Positions 43,942 to 52,617 of a DNA stretch of 57,486 bases are shown here, piece by piece. Under the pieces are notes generated by a model. That model worked only from the letters and a program-made list of their open reading frames with translations. It was not told where the DNA came from and did no database searches. The translations under genes were made by a program, and so were the position numbers. The DNA is from Nanobdellota archaeon (GTDB lineage Archaea > Nanobdellota > Nanobdellia > Pacearchaeales > GW2011-AR1), in NCBI GenBank assembly GCA_038045985.1, contig JBBSXA010000030.1:1-57486 (forward strand), read 5' to 3'. Each line of letters begins with the position of its first letter. Position 1 is the stretch's first letter.

Positions 43942-44309
43942 TTTTTGACACTTATGCATGGATAGAATATTTTAACGCCACAAAAAAAGGGAATACTGTT
44001 AAAACATATCTTGAAGAAGAAAAAATTATTACCCCTACAATTGTTCTTTTAGAATTAAGCTATAAATCAAGCAAAGAGGGATGGGATTTTAGCAAATATT
44101 TAAGTTTTATAAAAGCTAATTCTACTATTGTTGGGTTTAATGAAAAATTCATTTTTACATTCGGGAAATCTTACAATGATATTAAACAACAAGTTAAAGG
44201 CATTGGAATTACAGACATTATAATAATCCATACTGCAATAATGAATGATGCCAAAATTTTGACGGGGGATGAACATTTCAAGAATGTAGATAGTGCTGTT
44301 ATGCTTTAG
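43932..44309 (+). CDS. vapC: PIN-domain toxin
   Basis: IVFDTYAWIEY, ITDIIIIHTA, ILTGDEHF (acidic PIN residues); GTG start. Confidence 0.8.
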   Translation: MAIVFDTYAWIEYFNATKKGNTVKTYLEEEKIITPTIVLLELSYKSSKEGWDFSKYLSFIKANSTIVGFNEKFIFTFGKSYNDIKQQVKGIGITDIIIIHTAIMNDAKILTGDEHFKNVDSAVML

Positions 44310-44321
44310 CCCTTTGCCTTA

Positions 44322-44345
44322 ATCACCTATGCTTTATCTGAATAG
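44322..44345. repeat. Right direct repeat of the vapBC cassette, overlapping the real 3' end of the Zn-ribbon gene
   Basis: See 43662-43685. Confidence 0.75.
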
Positions 44346-44556
44346 TGCAGTCAGCACAGACAACTTCGACCTTTTTTGTTGCGGGGTTTGCCACAAAATT
44401 GTACAAGTAAGGCTTCAGAACCTTGTTGCACTTTATGCATTTGTTCTTTTGGTCAAGGACTGCCTGCCTGTTGTTTGAAACTTTCATTTCCACAGGCTTC
44501 AAATTCCTGTCTTTCAATGCTCTAAGGTAATTAGAGTTGCCCATTTCTTCTGCCAT
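44323..44556 (-). CDS. small zinc-ribbon protein
   Basis: CIKC...CADC cysteine pairs. Confidence 0.5.
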   Translation of the reverse strand: MAEEMGNSNYLRALKDRNLKPVEMKVSNNRQAVLDQKNKCIKCNKVLKPYLYNFVANPATKKVEVVCADCTIQIKHR

Positions 44557-44666
44557 GATATTTTGATGGCATTCATCTATTTATAACCTTTGTTGTGAAA
44601 TATGGAGTGTTTTGCGTATATCCAAATCACAATATTCCTTAAAAAGCTGGGATTTCTGGATTTTTT

Positions 44667-45113
44667 ATGAGATTCAAGACAATAAAGAATCTTGTGAAAC
44701 TTGTTGAGGAGTCTGATATTAAAAGATTATCCGTTAGCACAAGGATTTCTGGTTTTGAAATTGTTGGAAGACAAGGGATTAAATTTCCTGAACAAATGGA
44801 GAATTTAAACCCTGTTTTTATTGAAAAAAAGCCAAAGCTTGAAAATTATTATTTTGTTGAATCATCATTTGTTGGACTATTTTATTGGGACAAACCTGAG
44901 GCAGGTAAACCAGTTATGGAAGGCAGGTCATTAGTTAGAAAAAAAACACGTTATGATAAAGGACAGATTTTGGGCTATATCTACTGTTTAAAGCAATATA
45001 ATGAGGTGAAAATTGACAAGCCAGGGATTATAAGAAAGGTTCGTGTTAAAAATGGCCACCCTGTTGAGTACGGGACGAAATTGTTTGAAATTGAGCTTTG
45101 TGAAAAGCCTTAA
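44667..45113 (+). CDS. biotinyl/lipoyl-domain-like protein
   Basis: The C-terminal GQILGYIYCLKQYNEVKIDKPGIIRKVRVKNGHPVEYGTKLFEIE resembles a BCCP-type hammerhead, but there is no canonical MKM. Confidence 0.45.
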   Translation: MRFKTIKNLVKLVEESDIKRLSVSTRISGFEIVGRQGIKFPEQMENLNPVFIEKKPKLENYYFVESSFVGLFYWDKPEAGKPVMEGRSLVRKKTRYDKGQILGYIYCLKQYNEVKIDKPGIIRKVRVKNGHPVEYGTKLFEIELCEKP

Positions 45114-45137
45114 AAACAGATTTTGATTTCTTTTTTT

Positions 45138-45803
45138 ATGGATATTGATGAAATTGAGATAAAATGGCTTGGACATTCTGGTTTTCTTGTTAAGAACTCT
45201 AAAACGATTTATATTGACCCTTATAATATCAAGGAGCAGGAAAATAAGGCAGATATAATACTGATAACTCACGGACATTATGACCATTGCAGCTATGCAG
45301 ACATTCAGAAAATTGTTAAGGAAGGAACCAAAATTTTTGTGACGGCTGACGCACAGAGCAAAGTTGCAAGATTTACCATTCCTATTCAAATTGAAGTTGT
45401 GGAGCCTGGCCAGGAAATTGATATTGGCGACATAAAGATTGAGACTTTTTCTTCATATAATATTGACAAGAGTTTTCATCCAAAAGAGGAATCTTGGGTT
45501 GGCTATTTGATTAAAATGAATGGTGTTGTTATTTATCATTCTGGAGACTGTGATTTTATTCCTGAAATGCAGAAGCTTACAGGATATAAACAGCATGGAA
45601 AGAAATTTATTGCTTTGCTCCCTGTTGGAGGAAGATATACTATGAACGCTGAAGAAGCCTTTGAAGCTGCTAAGGTGATTAAGCCTAGCCTGGCAATTCC
45701 AATGCACTGGGGCTCTATAGTTGGAAGCGAAGAAGACGCAAAAGAGTTTGTTGAGCTCTGTAAGGAGGAGGGAATTGATGCTGTTATTTTGGAGAAGGAA
45801 TAA
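45138..45803 (+). CDS. MBL-fold metallo-hydrolase (UPF0173-like)
   Basis: ITHGHYDH (HxHxDH); ATG at 45138. Confidence 0.8.
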   Translation: MDIDEIEIKWLGHSGFLVKNSKTIYIDPYNIKEQENKADIILITHGHYDHCSYADIQKIVKEGTKIFVTADAQSKVARFTIPIQIEVVEPGQEIDIGDIKIETFSSYNIDKSFHPKEESWVGYLIKMNGVVIYHSGDCDFIPEMQKLTGYKQHGKKFIALLPVGGRYTMNAEEAFEAAKVIKPSLAIPMHWGSIVGSEEDAKEFVELCKEEGIDAVILEKE

Positions 45804-45804
45804 G

Positions 45805-46842
45805 ATGAAATACGTTATCGGAAACGAAAAAATATTTTATGATTTTGTGAAATCTATTAAAAAAGACGACAAAGTTGCAATTATAAGCCATAATGATGTT
45901 GATGGGGTTATATCTCCAATTGTCCTGGAAGAAATTTTGAAAAGAATGAATCTTTCTGTTGATTATTTTAATTTTATTAATTATTCTAAAGGAATGTTTG
46001 ACTCGGAAATTGATAAAATGAAGGAGGAGGGAATTACTAAAGTATTTTTGACAGATATGAATGCAGACGAGTCTGATATAGACGGTTTTGAAAGGCTTAG
46101 AGAAGATTTTGATGTTTTTCTTATAGATCATCATCCAGTTTCTTACGAATTGAAGAACAAAGATAACATTATTAAGACTGGTTCTTCCGATTGCTCTGCA
46201 TTTACTATTTATATTCTGGGGAGGGAATTTTTTGATTTATCAGAATTAGACTGGCTTGTTTGTTCTGCTATGATTGCAGACTGGTCTTTTAACTCAGAAG
46301 AGAATTTGAAATTCATTTTGGAAAGATATCTTGATTTTGACAAAGATAATATTGAAAGTTCCGAAATAGGAAGATTAATGATTAAAATATCCAATGCGAT
46401 AGTTTATTTTAAATCTAATTTGAAAAAAGTTTATGATTTTATTAAAGAAAAAAATTTTAATGAACTTACTAAAGGAGCAGAGATGGTTCAAAGAGAGTTG
46501 GAAAGATGCATTGAAAAATATAAAGAAGAAGCAGAATTTAATGAAGAGAAAGGAGTTTATTTTGCTTATTTTAATTCTAGTTTTGGTTTGACTTCTATTA
46601 TTGTGACCCTTATGTCTAAAGAAGATTACGACAAAGTTTATTTTTTAGCTTCAGATGATAGAAAAAATATAAAAGTTAGTGCTAGATGCCAATCAGGCAG
46701 AGTTGATTTGAATTATGTTCTTAGAAAATCTATTGAAGGATTTAATGAGGCGACTGCAGGGGGTCATAAGAAAGCTTCAGCGGCTTTAATTATGAAAAAA
46801 GATCTTGGGAAATTCAAGGAAAGACTGCTGGAATTCATATAA
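45805..46842 (+). CDS. DHH/DHHA1-family phosphoesterase (second paralogue)
   Basis: ISHNDVDGVIS, LIDHHP, AGGHKKASAA. The ATG at 45805 is 2 nt after the MBL gene stop. Confidence 0.75.
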   Translation: MKYVIGNEKIFYDFVKSIKKDDKVAIISHNDVDGVISPIVLEEILKRMNLSVDYFNFINYSKGMFDSEIDKMKEEGITKVFLTDMNADESDIDGFERLREDFDVFLIDHHPVSYELKNKDNIIKTGSSDCSAFTIYILGREFFDLSELDWLVCSAMIADWSFNSEENLKFILERYLDFDKDNIESSEIGRLMIKISNAIVYFKSNLKKVYDFIKEKNFNELTKGAEMVQRELERCIEKYKEEAEFNEEKGVYFAYFNSSFGLTSIIVTLMSKEDYDKVYFLASDDRKNIKVSARCQSGRVDLNYVLRKSIEGFNEATAGGHKKASAALIMKKDLGKFKERLLEFI

Positions 46843-46874
46843 ATTTTTATAAATTGTATTAATTATTAAATTAT

Positions 46875-47159
46875 ATGGGAAAAGAATACAGACTTATTTA
46901 TGATGCTATAGAGGATTACAATGCCAATGTCTTACAAAAACCAAATTCTTATTTTTTAATCAAGGTTAATTCTCAGAGTGCAACTTTTGAATTATACTCT
47001 GATGACAGAGTTAAATGGTCAAAGTCTACTTTGGTGGGAAAAGTTAGTTGTTCAGAGAGGATAGTTCTCATTTATGGCAAGGGAAAGCAATCTTTTTTTG
47101 ATTATTTGTTTCCCAGACTTACAAAAGAAGGGTTAAAAGTGAGACTATTGTTAAATTGA
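46875..47159 (+). CDS. hypothetical protein
   Basis: ATG ORF; no family recognised. Confidence 0.4.
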   Translation: MGKEYRLIYDAIEDYNANVLQKPNSYFLIKVNSQSATFELYSDDRVKWSKSTLVGKVSCSERIVLIYGKGKQSFFDYLFPRLTKEGLKVRLLLN

Positions 47160-47248
47160 AAGCAATTTAGTGATTTTAAGTCAACTCAGAAGCATCTTTT
47201 GAAGAATAAAAAAGTTTAAATAGAATAAGATAATAATTTTCTCATTAT

Positions 47249-47272
47249 ATTAATTGATGACCGTCAATTAAT
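47249..47272. promoter_or_regulatory. 9-bp perfect inverted repeat upstream of ftsZ
   Basis: ATTAATTGA tgaccg TCAATTAAT. A TATA-like ctatataaac and taAGGAGGtt lie downstream, before the ATG. Confidence 0.4.
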
Positions 47273-47393
47273 ATCCTTTGCATGCACAGGATTTTTCCTT
47301 GTTCTTAATTAGTTGGAAGTGTTTCAACTATATAAACTTTTCTCACGAAAAGTTTGACCAATACAAATGTAAGGAGGTTAAAGAAAACAAAAG

Positions 47394-48473
47394 ATGGTAT
47401 TAGATTTTGCAAAAGAAGCAGTCGAAAAGTCGAGCACACATAGCATCAATTTTGATGAATTGAGAGCTGGAAAAGCTAACATAAAAGTTATTGGTGTTGG
47501 AGGAATGGGCTGCAATGCAGTTACATGGCTTTTTAACAAAGGCATTAACGGAGCTAACATTTTTGCCACAAATACTGACGCTTTGCACCTTTCTGTCACA
47601 AAAGCTGACGAAAAGATCCTTATTGGTAAAGAGCTTACCAGAGGACTTGGATGCGGAGGCTTGCCTCAAAGAGGAAGAGAAGCTGCAAAAGAGGCAATTG
47701 TTGATATAAAGAGAGCTGTTTCAGGCGCAGACATGGTTTTTGTCATTTGTGGTGAAGGCGGAGGAACAGGCACAGGAGCTGCCCCTGTTATTGCACAACT
47801 TGCTAAGGAGAACGGCGCTATTGTTATTGGTGTTGTTACAATGCCTTTTGAGGCTGAAAAAGCAAGAGTTGACAAAGCTGAATTTGGGCTTCAAGAGCTA
47901 AGAGAAGTAACCAACACATGCATCGTGCTTGACAACAACAGACTTGTAGACATTGCTGGACAATTGCCAATTGAGCAGGCTTTTGCTGTAGCAAACGAAC
48001 TTGTTTCTACAATGGTTAAGGGTATTGTTGAAACCATTACCTTGCCAAGTTTGATTAACTTGGACTATGCTGATGTTTCCTCTATTATGAAGGACGGAGG
48101 AGTAGCTGTTATAGGCATTGGAGAGGCAGATACGCAAGACAGAGTTAACGAAGCTGTAAAGCAAGCACTTACACATCCTCTACTTGACGTGGATTATCAA
48201 GGTGCTACTGGAGCTTTGATACACATTACTTGCGGTCCTGACTTGAAACTGGAAGAGTTCGATACTATAGGAAGAACTGTTTCAGACAATTTGAGCCCTG
48301 ATGCACAGGTTATTATTGGAGCTAGAATCAGCAAAGACTTTGTAGGAAAAGTCAGAGTTATAACAATAATGACTGGAGTTAAGTCTCCATATGTTCTTGG
48401 AAGAAGCAATGACGATCACAGAATTCCCGCTTCAAGAGAAATGTCTGATTTGGGAATAGAAGTCTGGAGATAA
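47394..48473 (+). CDS. ftsZ: cell division GTPase FtsZ
   Basis: GVGGMGCNAV, GEGGGTGTGAAPVIA (tubulin signature), NRL. Confidence 0.95.
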   Translation: MVLDFAKEAVEKSSTHSINFDELRAGKANIKVIGVGGMGCNAVTWLFNKGINGANIFATNTDALHLSVTKADEKILIGKELTRGLGCGGLPQRGREAAKEAIVDIKRAVSGADMVFVICGEGGGTGTGAAPVIAQLAKENGAIVIGVVTMPFEAEKARVDKAEFGLQELREVTNTCIVLDNNRLVDIAGQLPIEQAFAVANELVSTMVKGIVETITLPSLINLDYADVSSIMKDGGVAVIGIGEADTQDRVNEAVKQALTHPLLDVDYQGATGALIHITCGPDLKLEEFDTIGRTVSDNLSPDAQVIIGARISKDFVGKVRVITIMTGVKSPYVLGRSNDDHRIPASREMSDLGIEVWR

Positions 48474-48486
48474 TTTCAAATTTAAT

Positions 48487-48510
48487 CCGGAGATTTTCTC
48501 CGGTTTTTTT
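48487..48510 (+). terminator. intrinsic-terminator-like hairpin plus T7 after ftsZ
   Basis: CCGGAGA tttt CTCCGG TTTTTTT. Confidence 0.55.
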
Positions 48511-48539
48511 CTTTTTTTTATTACAATAATCTTTATTAA

Positions 48540-48791
48540 TTGATAATTGTTGCTCTTGTTATGGTAGATTTTACAAAAGTTTCTCGGGAAGATTTGCAGA
48601 CAAAGAATTTAGGGGAGTTAATTGGTGATATGATCTCTTTAGTTATTCAAGAGCCAAGAGTTGTTGATCATAATTTTCTTCAACCATTAAGAGGGACTTA
48701 TTTGTTATACAATCAAGAAATTAGCAGAAGGGAAATAGAAATTTATAGTAAAGGAGGATATTCTGACACTCTTTTGAGACCAAGATTTTAA
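48540..48791 (+). CDS. hypothetical protein (non-ATG start)
   Basis: Track ORF only. Confidence 0.25.
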   Translation: MIIVALVMVDFTKVSREDLQTKNLGELIGDMISLVIQEPRVVDHNFLQPLRGTYLLYNQEISRREIEIYSKGGYSDTLLRPRF

Positions 48792-48846
48792 TCTTGGGAG
48801 ATGTAACCTTCGATTCTTTACATAGTTGTGATTAATATTTTTTCAC

Positions 48847-49488
48847 CTACTTCCCAATCAACGTTAGAATTATCTGTGCGAGAACCGCTAAAATGATTAT
48901 TATCAAAACTGCCCATGGACCTTTCTTTGGTTTTTCCTCTTCATCTTTGATTATTCTGTTTATTTCATACTGAATGTACAAGAATCCAAACAAGAATGTG
49001 AATAAGGCTGAAACGTTTGCCTTGCTGTATTTCTCGCTTAAAGCCTGGTTCATGATTACTCTTGATATAAATGCAAGGATTAGGCCAACTATTTTTGCTG
49101 CAGCCAGGATTCCTATAAATCCTATTATAATTGTTGTCTGTATTGGAGATATTCCAGTGTAAAAATTACTGAGGTCTGCGCCTGAAATTGTGAATGGAAA
49201 AAATATTGCCAAGACAATTAAAAGAATGGCTAATGTCAAATAAATTGTCGGAAGTGTTTTGGATAACTTTGTCTGCGTGCCAAGATTATGAAATTCTGGA
49301 GCTCTCTTTATGTACCATATAGCTGGATATATCCCAATTGTTATTATTGACAGCAAAATAAGGATAAATATATTTTTTTGATTTGGAAGGACATTTGTAT
49401 CTTCTACTGGTTTTCTTTCTGCAATTTGCGGCTGAGGAAGCTTCTTTGCTTCAAAGTCTTCTTTTCTAAAACTGAATTCTTCTTCCAT
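48847..49488 (-). CDS. DUF4234-like multi-pass membrane protein
   Basis: GIYPAIWYIKR motif plus 4-5 TM helices. Confidence 0.6.
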   Translation of the reverse strand: MEEEFSFRKEDFEAKKLPQPQIAERKPVEDTNVLPNQKNIFILILLSIITIGIYPAIWYIKRAPEFHNLGTQTKLSKTLPTIYLTLAILLIVLAIFFPFTISGADLSNFYTGISPIQTTIIIGFIGILAAAKIVGLILAFISRVIMNQALSEKYSKANVSALFTFLFGFLYIQYEINRIIKDEEEKPKKGPWAVLIIIILAVLAQIILTLIGK

Positions 49489-49489
49489 T

Positions 49490-50041
49490 TTATGCGTTTA
49501 ATTTTTCCGGCTTTATCATTTTTTTATTTCCATACACGTCAAAGTAGAGAATATTATCTAAAAGTATTTTTTCCTTTTTTTCTGGTTTTTTTACTTCATA
49601 CCCAATCGGAAAAATTGCCTCCACTTCGAGATCTTCTGGAATCTTTAATGCTCTTTTTATCTGGCTTTCTACAAAATATCCTATCCAGCATGTTGAAAGG
49701 CCTTTTTCAGTCAAGCTTAACCAGAAGTTTTGCATTGCTGCTCCTGTCTGTTGTTTCACATATTTCTCGCCGTCTTTGTAAGTTTTTTTTGTTCTTTCTG
49801 GCTTTGAGCAGAACACAACAATGCACTTTACTTGGCCTACAAAATTCTGCTGGGTTGCTCTTGAGATTATCTCTATTTTTTCAGGATCTCTGACAATTAT
49901 TGCTTTTAATGTGAAAATATTTCCAGCCATTGGAGAAAATCTTGCAGAATCAACAGCTTCTATGATGTCTCGCCAGTCTGGTTCTGTGCTTTTGAACTTT
50001 CTGACAGAATGCCTCTCTTTAAGAACTTTTTGAAAATCCAT
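49490..50041 (-). CDS. nitroreductase-family protein
   Basis: LKERHSVRKFKS... N-terminal signature; size typical of the family. Confidence 0.75.
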   Translation of the reverse strand: MDFQKVLKERHSVRKFKSTEPDWRDIIEAVDSARFSPMAGNIFTLKAIIVRDPEKIEIISRATQQNFVGQVKCIVVFCSKPERTKKTYKDGEKYVKQQTGAAMQNFWLSLTEKGLSTCWIGYFVESQIKRALKIPEDLEVEAIFPIGYEVKKPEKKEKILLDNILYFDVYGNKKMIKPEKLNA

Positions 50042-50125
50042 GAATTATTGAAGAAATAGGATTATAAAAAGGTTATTGATTTTCTGGCATACAAGTTTTT
50101 TTAAACAATCAGTCTTGATACTTTT

Positions 50126-50386
50126 ATGGTAAAATCTTTGAATGGTAGTTTTGTTTTTTCTACTAATGTCCATGAAAGAAAGATTTATGATATTGTTGTA
50201 AATACCTCAAGAGATCAGAATGATAGAATTGTTGCTAACTACCATTTTAGGATAAGAGTTGATATGTCATCTGGAAATGGAATTTATGAAATAGGATATG
50301 TTTTTGCAGATGGATTGGGCCGCAGCAAGATTAAGAATAAAATAAGGAAACATATTGCTTCTAATATTAAGTACAATAGATTTTAG
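50126..50386 (+). CDS. hypothetical protein
   Basis: ATG ORF. Confidence 0.35.
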   Translation: MVKSLNGSFVFSTNVHERKIYDIVVNTSRDQNDRIVANYHFRIRVDMSSGNGIYEIGYVFADGLGRSKIKNKIRKHIASNIKYNRF

Positions 50387-51714
50387 CCAAATGCTATAAT
50401 TCCGCCGCCTAGACATTTTTTATCTTGGTAAAGAACAATTGCCTGACCTTCAGAAACCCCTGTAATTGGTTTTTTTAGAGTTACTTTTAATTTTTTGTTT
50501 TTTAGTTCGAGTATTGATGGAAGAAGCTCTCCGACTTGGCGGATTCTTGATAGGACCTTGGTGGATTTCTTTCTCCCACCACCAACTCCCCGACCGCCCA
50601 CCCTAAAATTAGGTTCGCTATCGCTCACATATTTACTATTAATTGTTAATGCATTATCATTCTTTGAATTTTTATTATTCCCATTATTTTTTGAAATACT
50701 ATCTAAAGGATTGTTGTTTATCCAATGGACATTTTTTATGAAGACATCTTTTCTGAAGTTTAGATTATGGCCTTCCGGAGCAGCAATTATTGTGTTTGTT
50801 TTAAGAATTTTTCTTGCAACATACCATTTTTTTTGAGCTCCAAAACCTCTTTTCACCTCGATTTCGTATCTTGGGCCAATTCTCTGGCCGATTGTGTAGT
50901 AATAGATTCCATCATGCTCTCCAATCTGTTTTCCTTCTGGATCGAGGATTTTCCCTTTTTTTGGCTTTATCTTTTTCTGGAGGAATCTTTTCAAATTGAC
51001 TTTTCCAATAAAGCAGATTCCTACAGTTGATTTTTTGTCATAATTTGGAAATTTGTTTTTGTGCGCTATTTCTCTCACTTGGGATTTTGTTAAATTTCCT
51101 ATTGGGAACAAAACTTTTGATAATTCTTTTTGTTTTAACCTATAAAGAAAATAAGATTGGTCTTTTGATTCGTCTTTTGCACGAAGGAGTTCATAATGAT
51201 AGTCCATCCCGTCACCATCTCCCCGACCACCCTCCCTTACTTTATTATTAATCAAACTATCTTTTTTCAAATTAACATACTTATTTTTTAATATTAATCT
51301 TTTTGGGCTAATTTTTTTAGAAATTTCATTTATCCTTGCGTAGTGCCCTGTTGCTATAAAATCGCATTTTAGCTTCTTTGCTTCTTTCAATAACAATGGG
51401 AACTTTACTTTTTCATTGCAGTCTATGTCTGGATTAGGAGTTATTCCTTTTTTGTAAAGCTTATACATCTTATCTACAACAAGTTTTCTGTATTGTTTTT
51501 CGAAATCTAGAGTTATCAAAGGAATGTTTAATATTGTTGCGATTTTTTGCGCCATTCTTCTTTCTCCTCTCCATGTACATTCTCCAATATCATTTTTTGT
51601 GTCGCTCCAATTTTTCATGAATGCTCCAATTACTTCATGACCTTGTTTTTTTAGAAGAAGCGCCGCTATACTTGAATCAACTCCGCCAGACATTGCGAGA
51701 AGAATTTTTGGCAT
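50383..51714 (-). CDS. mnmA: tRNA 2-thiouridine(34) synthase MnmA, with two low-complexity insertions
   Basis: LLAMSGGVDSSIAALLLKKQGHEVIGAFM (PP-loop), ATGHYAR, KDQSYFL. Confidence 0.88.
   Translation of the reverse strand: MPKILLAMSGGVDSSIAALLLKKQGHEVIGAFMKNWSDTKNDIGECTWRGERRMAQKIATILNIPLITLDFEKQYRKLVVDKMYKLYKKGITPNPDIDCNEKVKFPLLLKEAKKLKCDFIATGHYARINEISKKISPKRLILKNKYVNLKKDSLINNKVREGGRGDGDGMDYHYELLRAKDESKDQSYFLYRLKQKELSKVLFPIGNLTKSQVREIAHKNKFPNYDKKSTVGICFIGKVNLKRFLQKKIKPKKGKILDPEGKQIGEHDGIYYYTIGQRIGPRYEIEVKRGFGAQKKWYVARKILKTNTIIAAPEGHNLNFRKDVFIKNVHWINNNPLDSISKNNGNNKNSKNDNALTINSKYVSDSEPNFRVGGRGVGGGRKKSTKVLSRIRQVGELLPSILELKNKKLKVTLKKPITGVSEGQAIVLYQDKKCLGGGIIAFG
50573..50604 (-). repeat. GC-rich in-frame mini-insertion, copy A (encodes RVGGRGVGGG)
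   Basis: tcccaccaccaactccccgaccgcccacccta; 26/32 identical to copy B. Confidence 0.7.
51207..51238 (-). repeat. GC-rich in-frame mini-insertion, copy B (encodes REGGRGDGDG)
   Basis: tcccgtcaccatctccccgaccaccctccctt. Confidence 0.7.
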
Positions 51715-51716
51715 GC

Positions 51717-52331
51717 TTATTTTTCTAACAATTTTTTTAGTTCTTCAAAAGAAATAGACTCTGCCCAATTTATTAATGGGTAATGATTAAGAATAATTTC
51801 CTTTTCTTTTAAACTTCCAGTATAAGTGTCTACTCCTTCTTTGAGTATTTTAATTTTATACCCTCTCCATGTTAACTCCTGTGCTGTAGAAAAAACACAA
51901 CAATCTAAAGTTAGGCCAATTAAAATGACTAAATCAATTTCTTCTGGTTTCCCAACAACTTTGTTAAGCCAATCTGTAAATTCTTTAGGACCTTGATAAG
52001 GAAGACCTGGTTTTTTATTTGCTTCTCCTATGTTTTTTCTTATCCAAATTGGAGAGTTCATACATTTAATCCATATTGGTTTTATTTTAATCTCATTTGG
52101 AATTTCTGATTCATATTGTTGTGTTCCAGGATAACAGCAGTCATCTAAATCTCCCGGTCTTGGTTGCCTATAGTCTGAGATAATTTCTGTGATTTTTATT
52201 TTGTTTTCTTTCAAAAAAGGAACCAAGGTTTTTTTAATAAAATTAACACAAGGTCTTTTTTTATAGTGTTTTCCAATAGGGTTGCTAAATTCTTTCTGAA
52301 AATCTATAGATATAATTTTTATATTTTTCAT
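51717..52331 (-). CDS. isochorismatase/cysteine-hydrolase-family protein
   Basis: IISIDFQKEF and LVILIGLTLDCCVFSTAQEL. The ATG at 52331 avoids overlap with relE; the longer track form runs to 52358. Confidence 0.6.
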   Translation of the reverse strand: MKNIKIISIDFQKEFSNPIGKHYKKRPCVNFIKKTLVPFLKENKIKITEIISDYRQPRPGDLDDCCYPGTQQYESEIPNEIKIKPIWIKCMNSPIWIRKNIGEANKKPGLPYQGPKEFTDWLNKVVGKPEEIDLVILIGLTLDCCVFSTAQELTWRGYKIKILKEGVDTYTGSLKEKEIILNHYPLINWAESISFEELKKLLEK

Positions 52332-52335
52332 GTTC

Positions 52336-52617
52336 TCAATCATCTCTAAAGTTTTCATAGATGATTTTTCTGTGATCTATTGCTGATAAATAAACTTTTC
52401 TTTCTTGTTCTATTATTTTGAAAATCAGCCTAAACTTTTTTACTATTCTTGTTGATTTATATTCATGCAACTTTCCAGATAAGAAACCGCCAACATGATT
52501 AGGATCTTCTTTCAATCTTTGCACTTTTTTATCTAAAGCCTCAATGAATTCTTTATCCTTTTTGTGTTTTTTGAATTCCTTAGAAAAGGTATTTGTAGCT
52601 ATAATCTCATAGCTCAT
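52336..52617 (-). CDS. relE: RelE/ParE-superfamily toxin
   Basis: 93 aa, FSKEFKKHKKDKEF...LKEDPNHVG...YKSTRIVKKFRLIFKI...VYLSAIDHRK; overlaps its upstream partner by 4 nt. Confidence 0.6.
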   Translation of the reverse strand: MSYEIIATNTFSKEFKKHKKDKEFIEALDKKVQRLKEDPNHVGGFLSGKLHEYKSTRIVKKFRLIFKIIEQERKVYLSAIDHRKIIYENFRDD

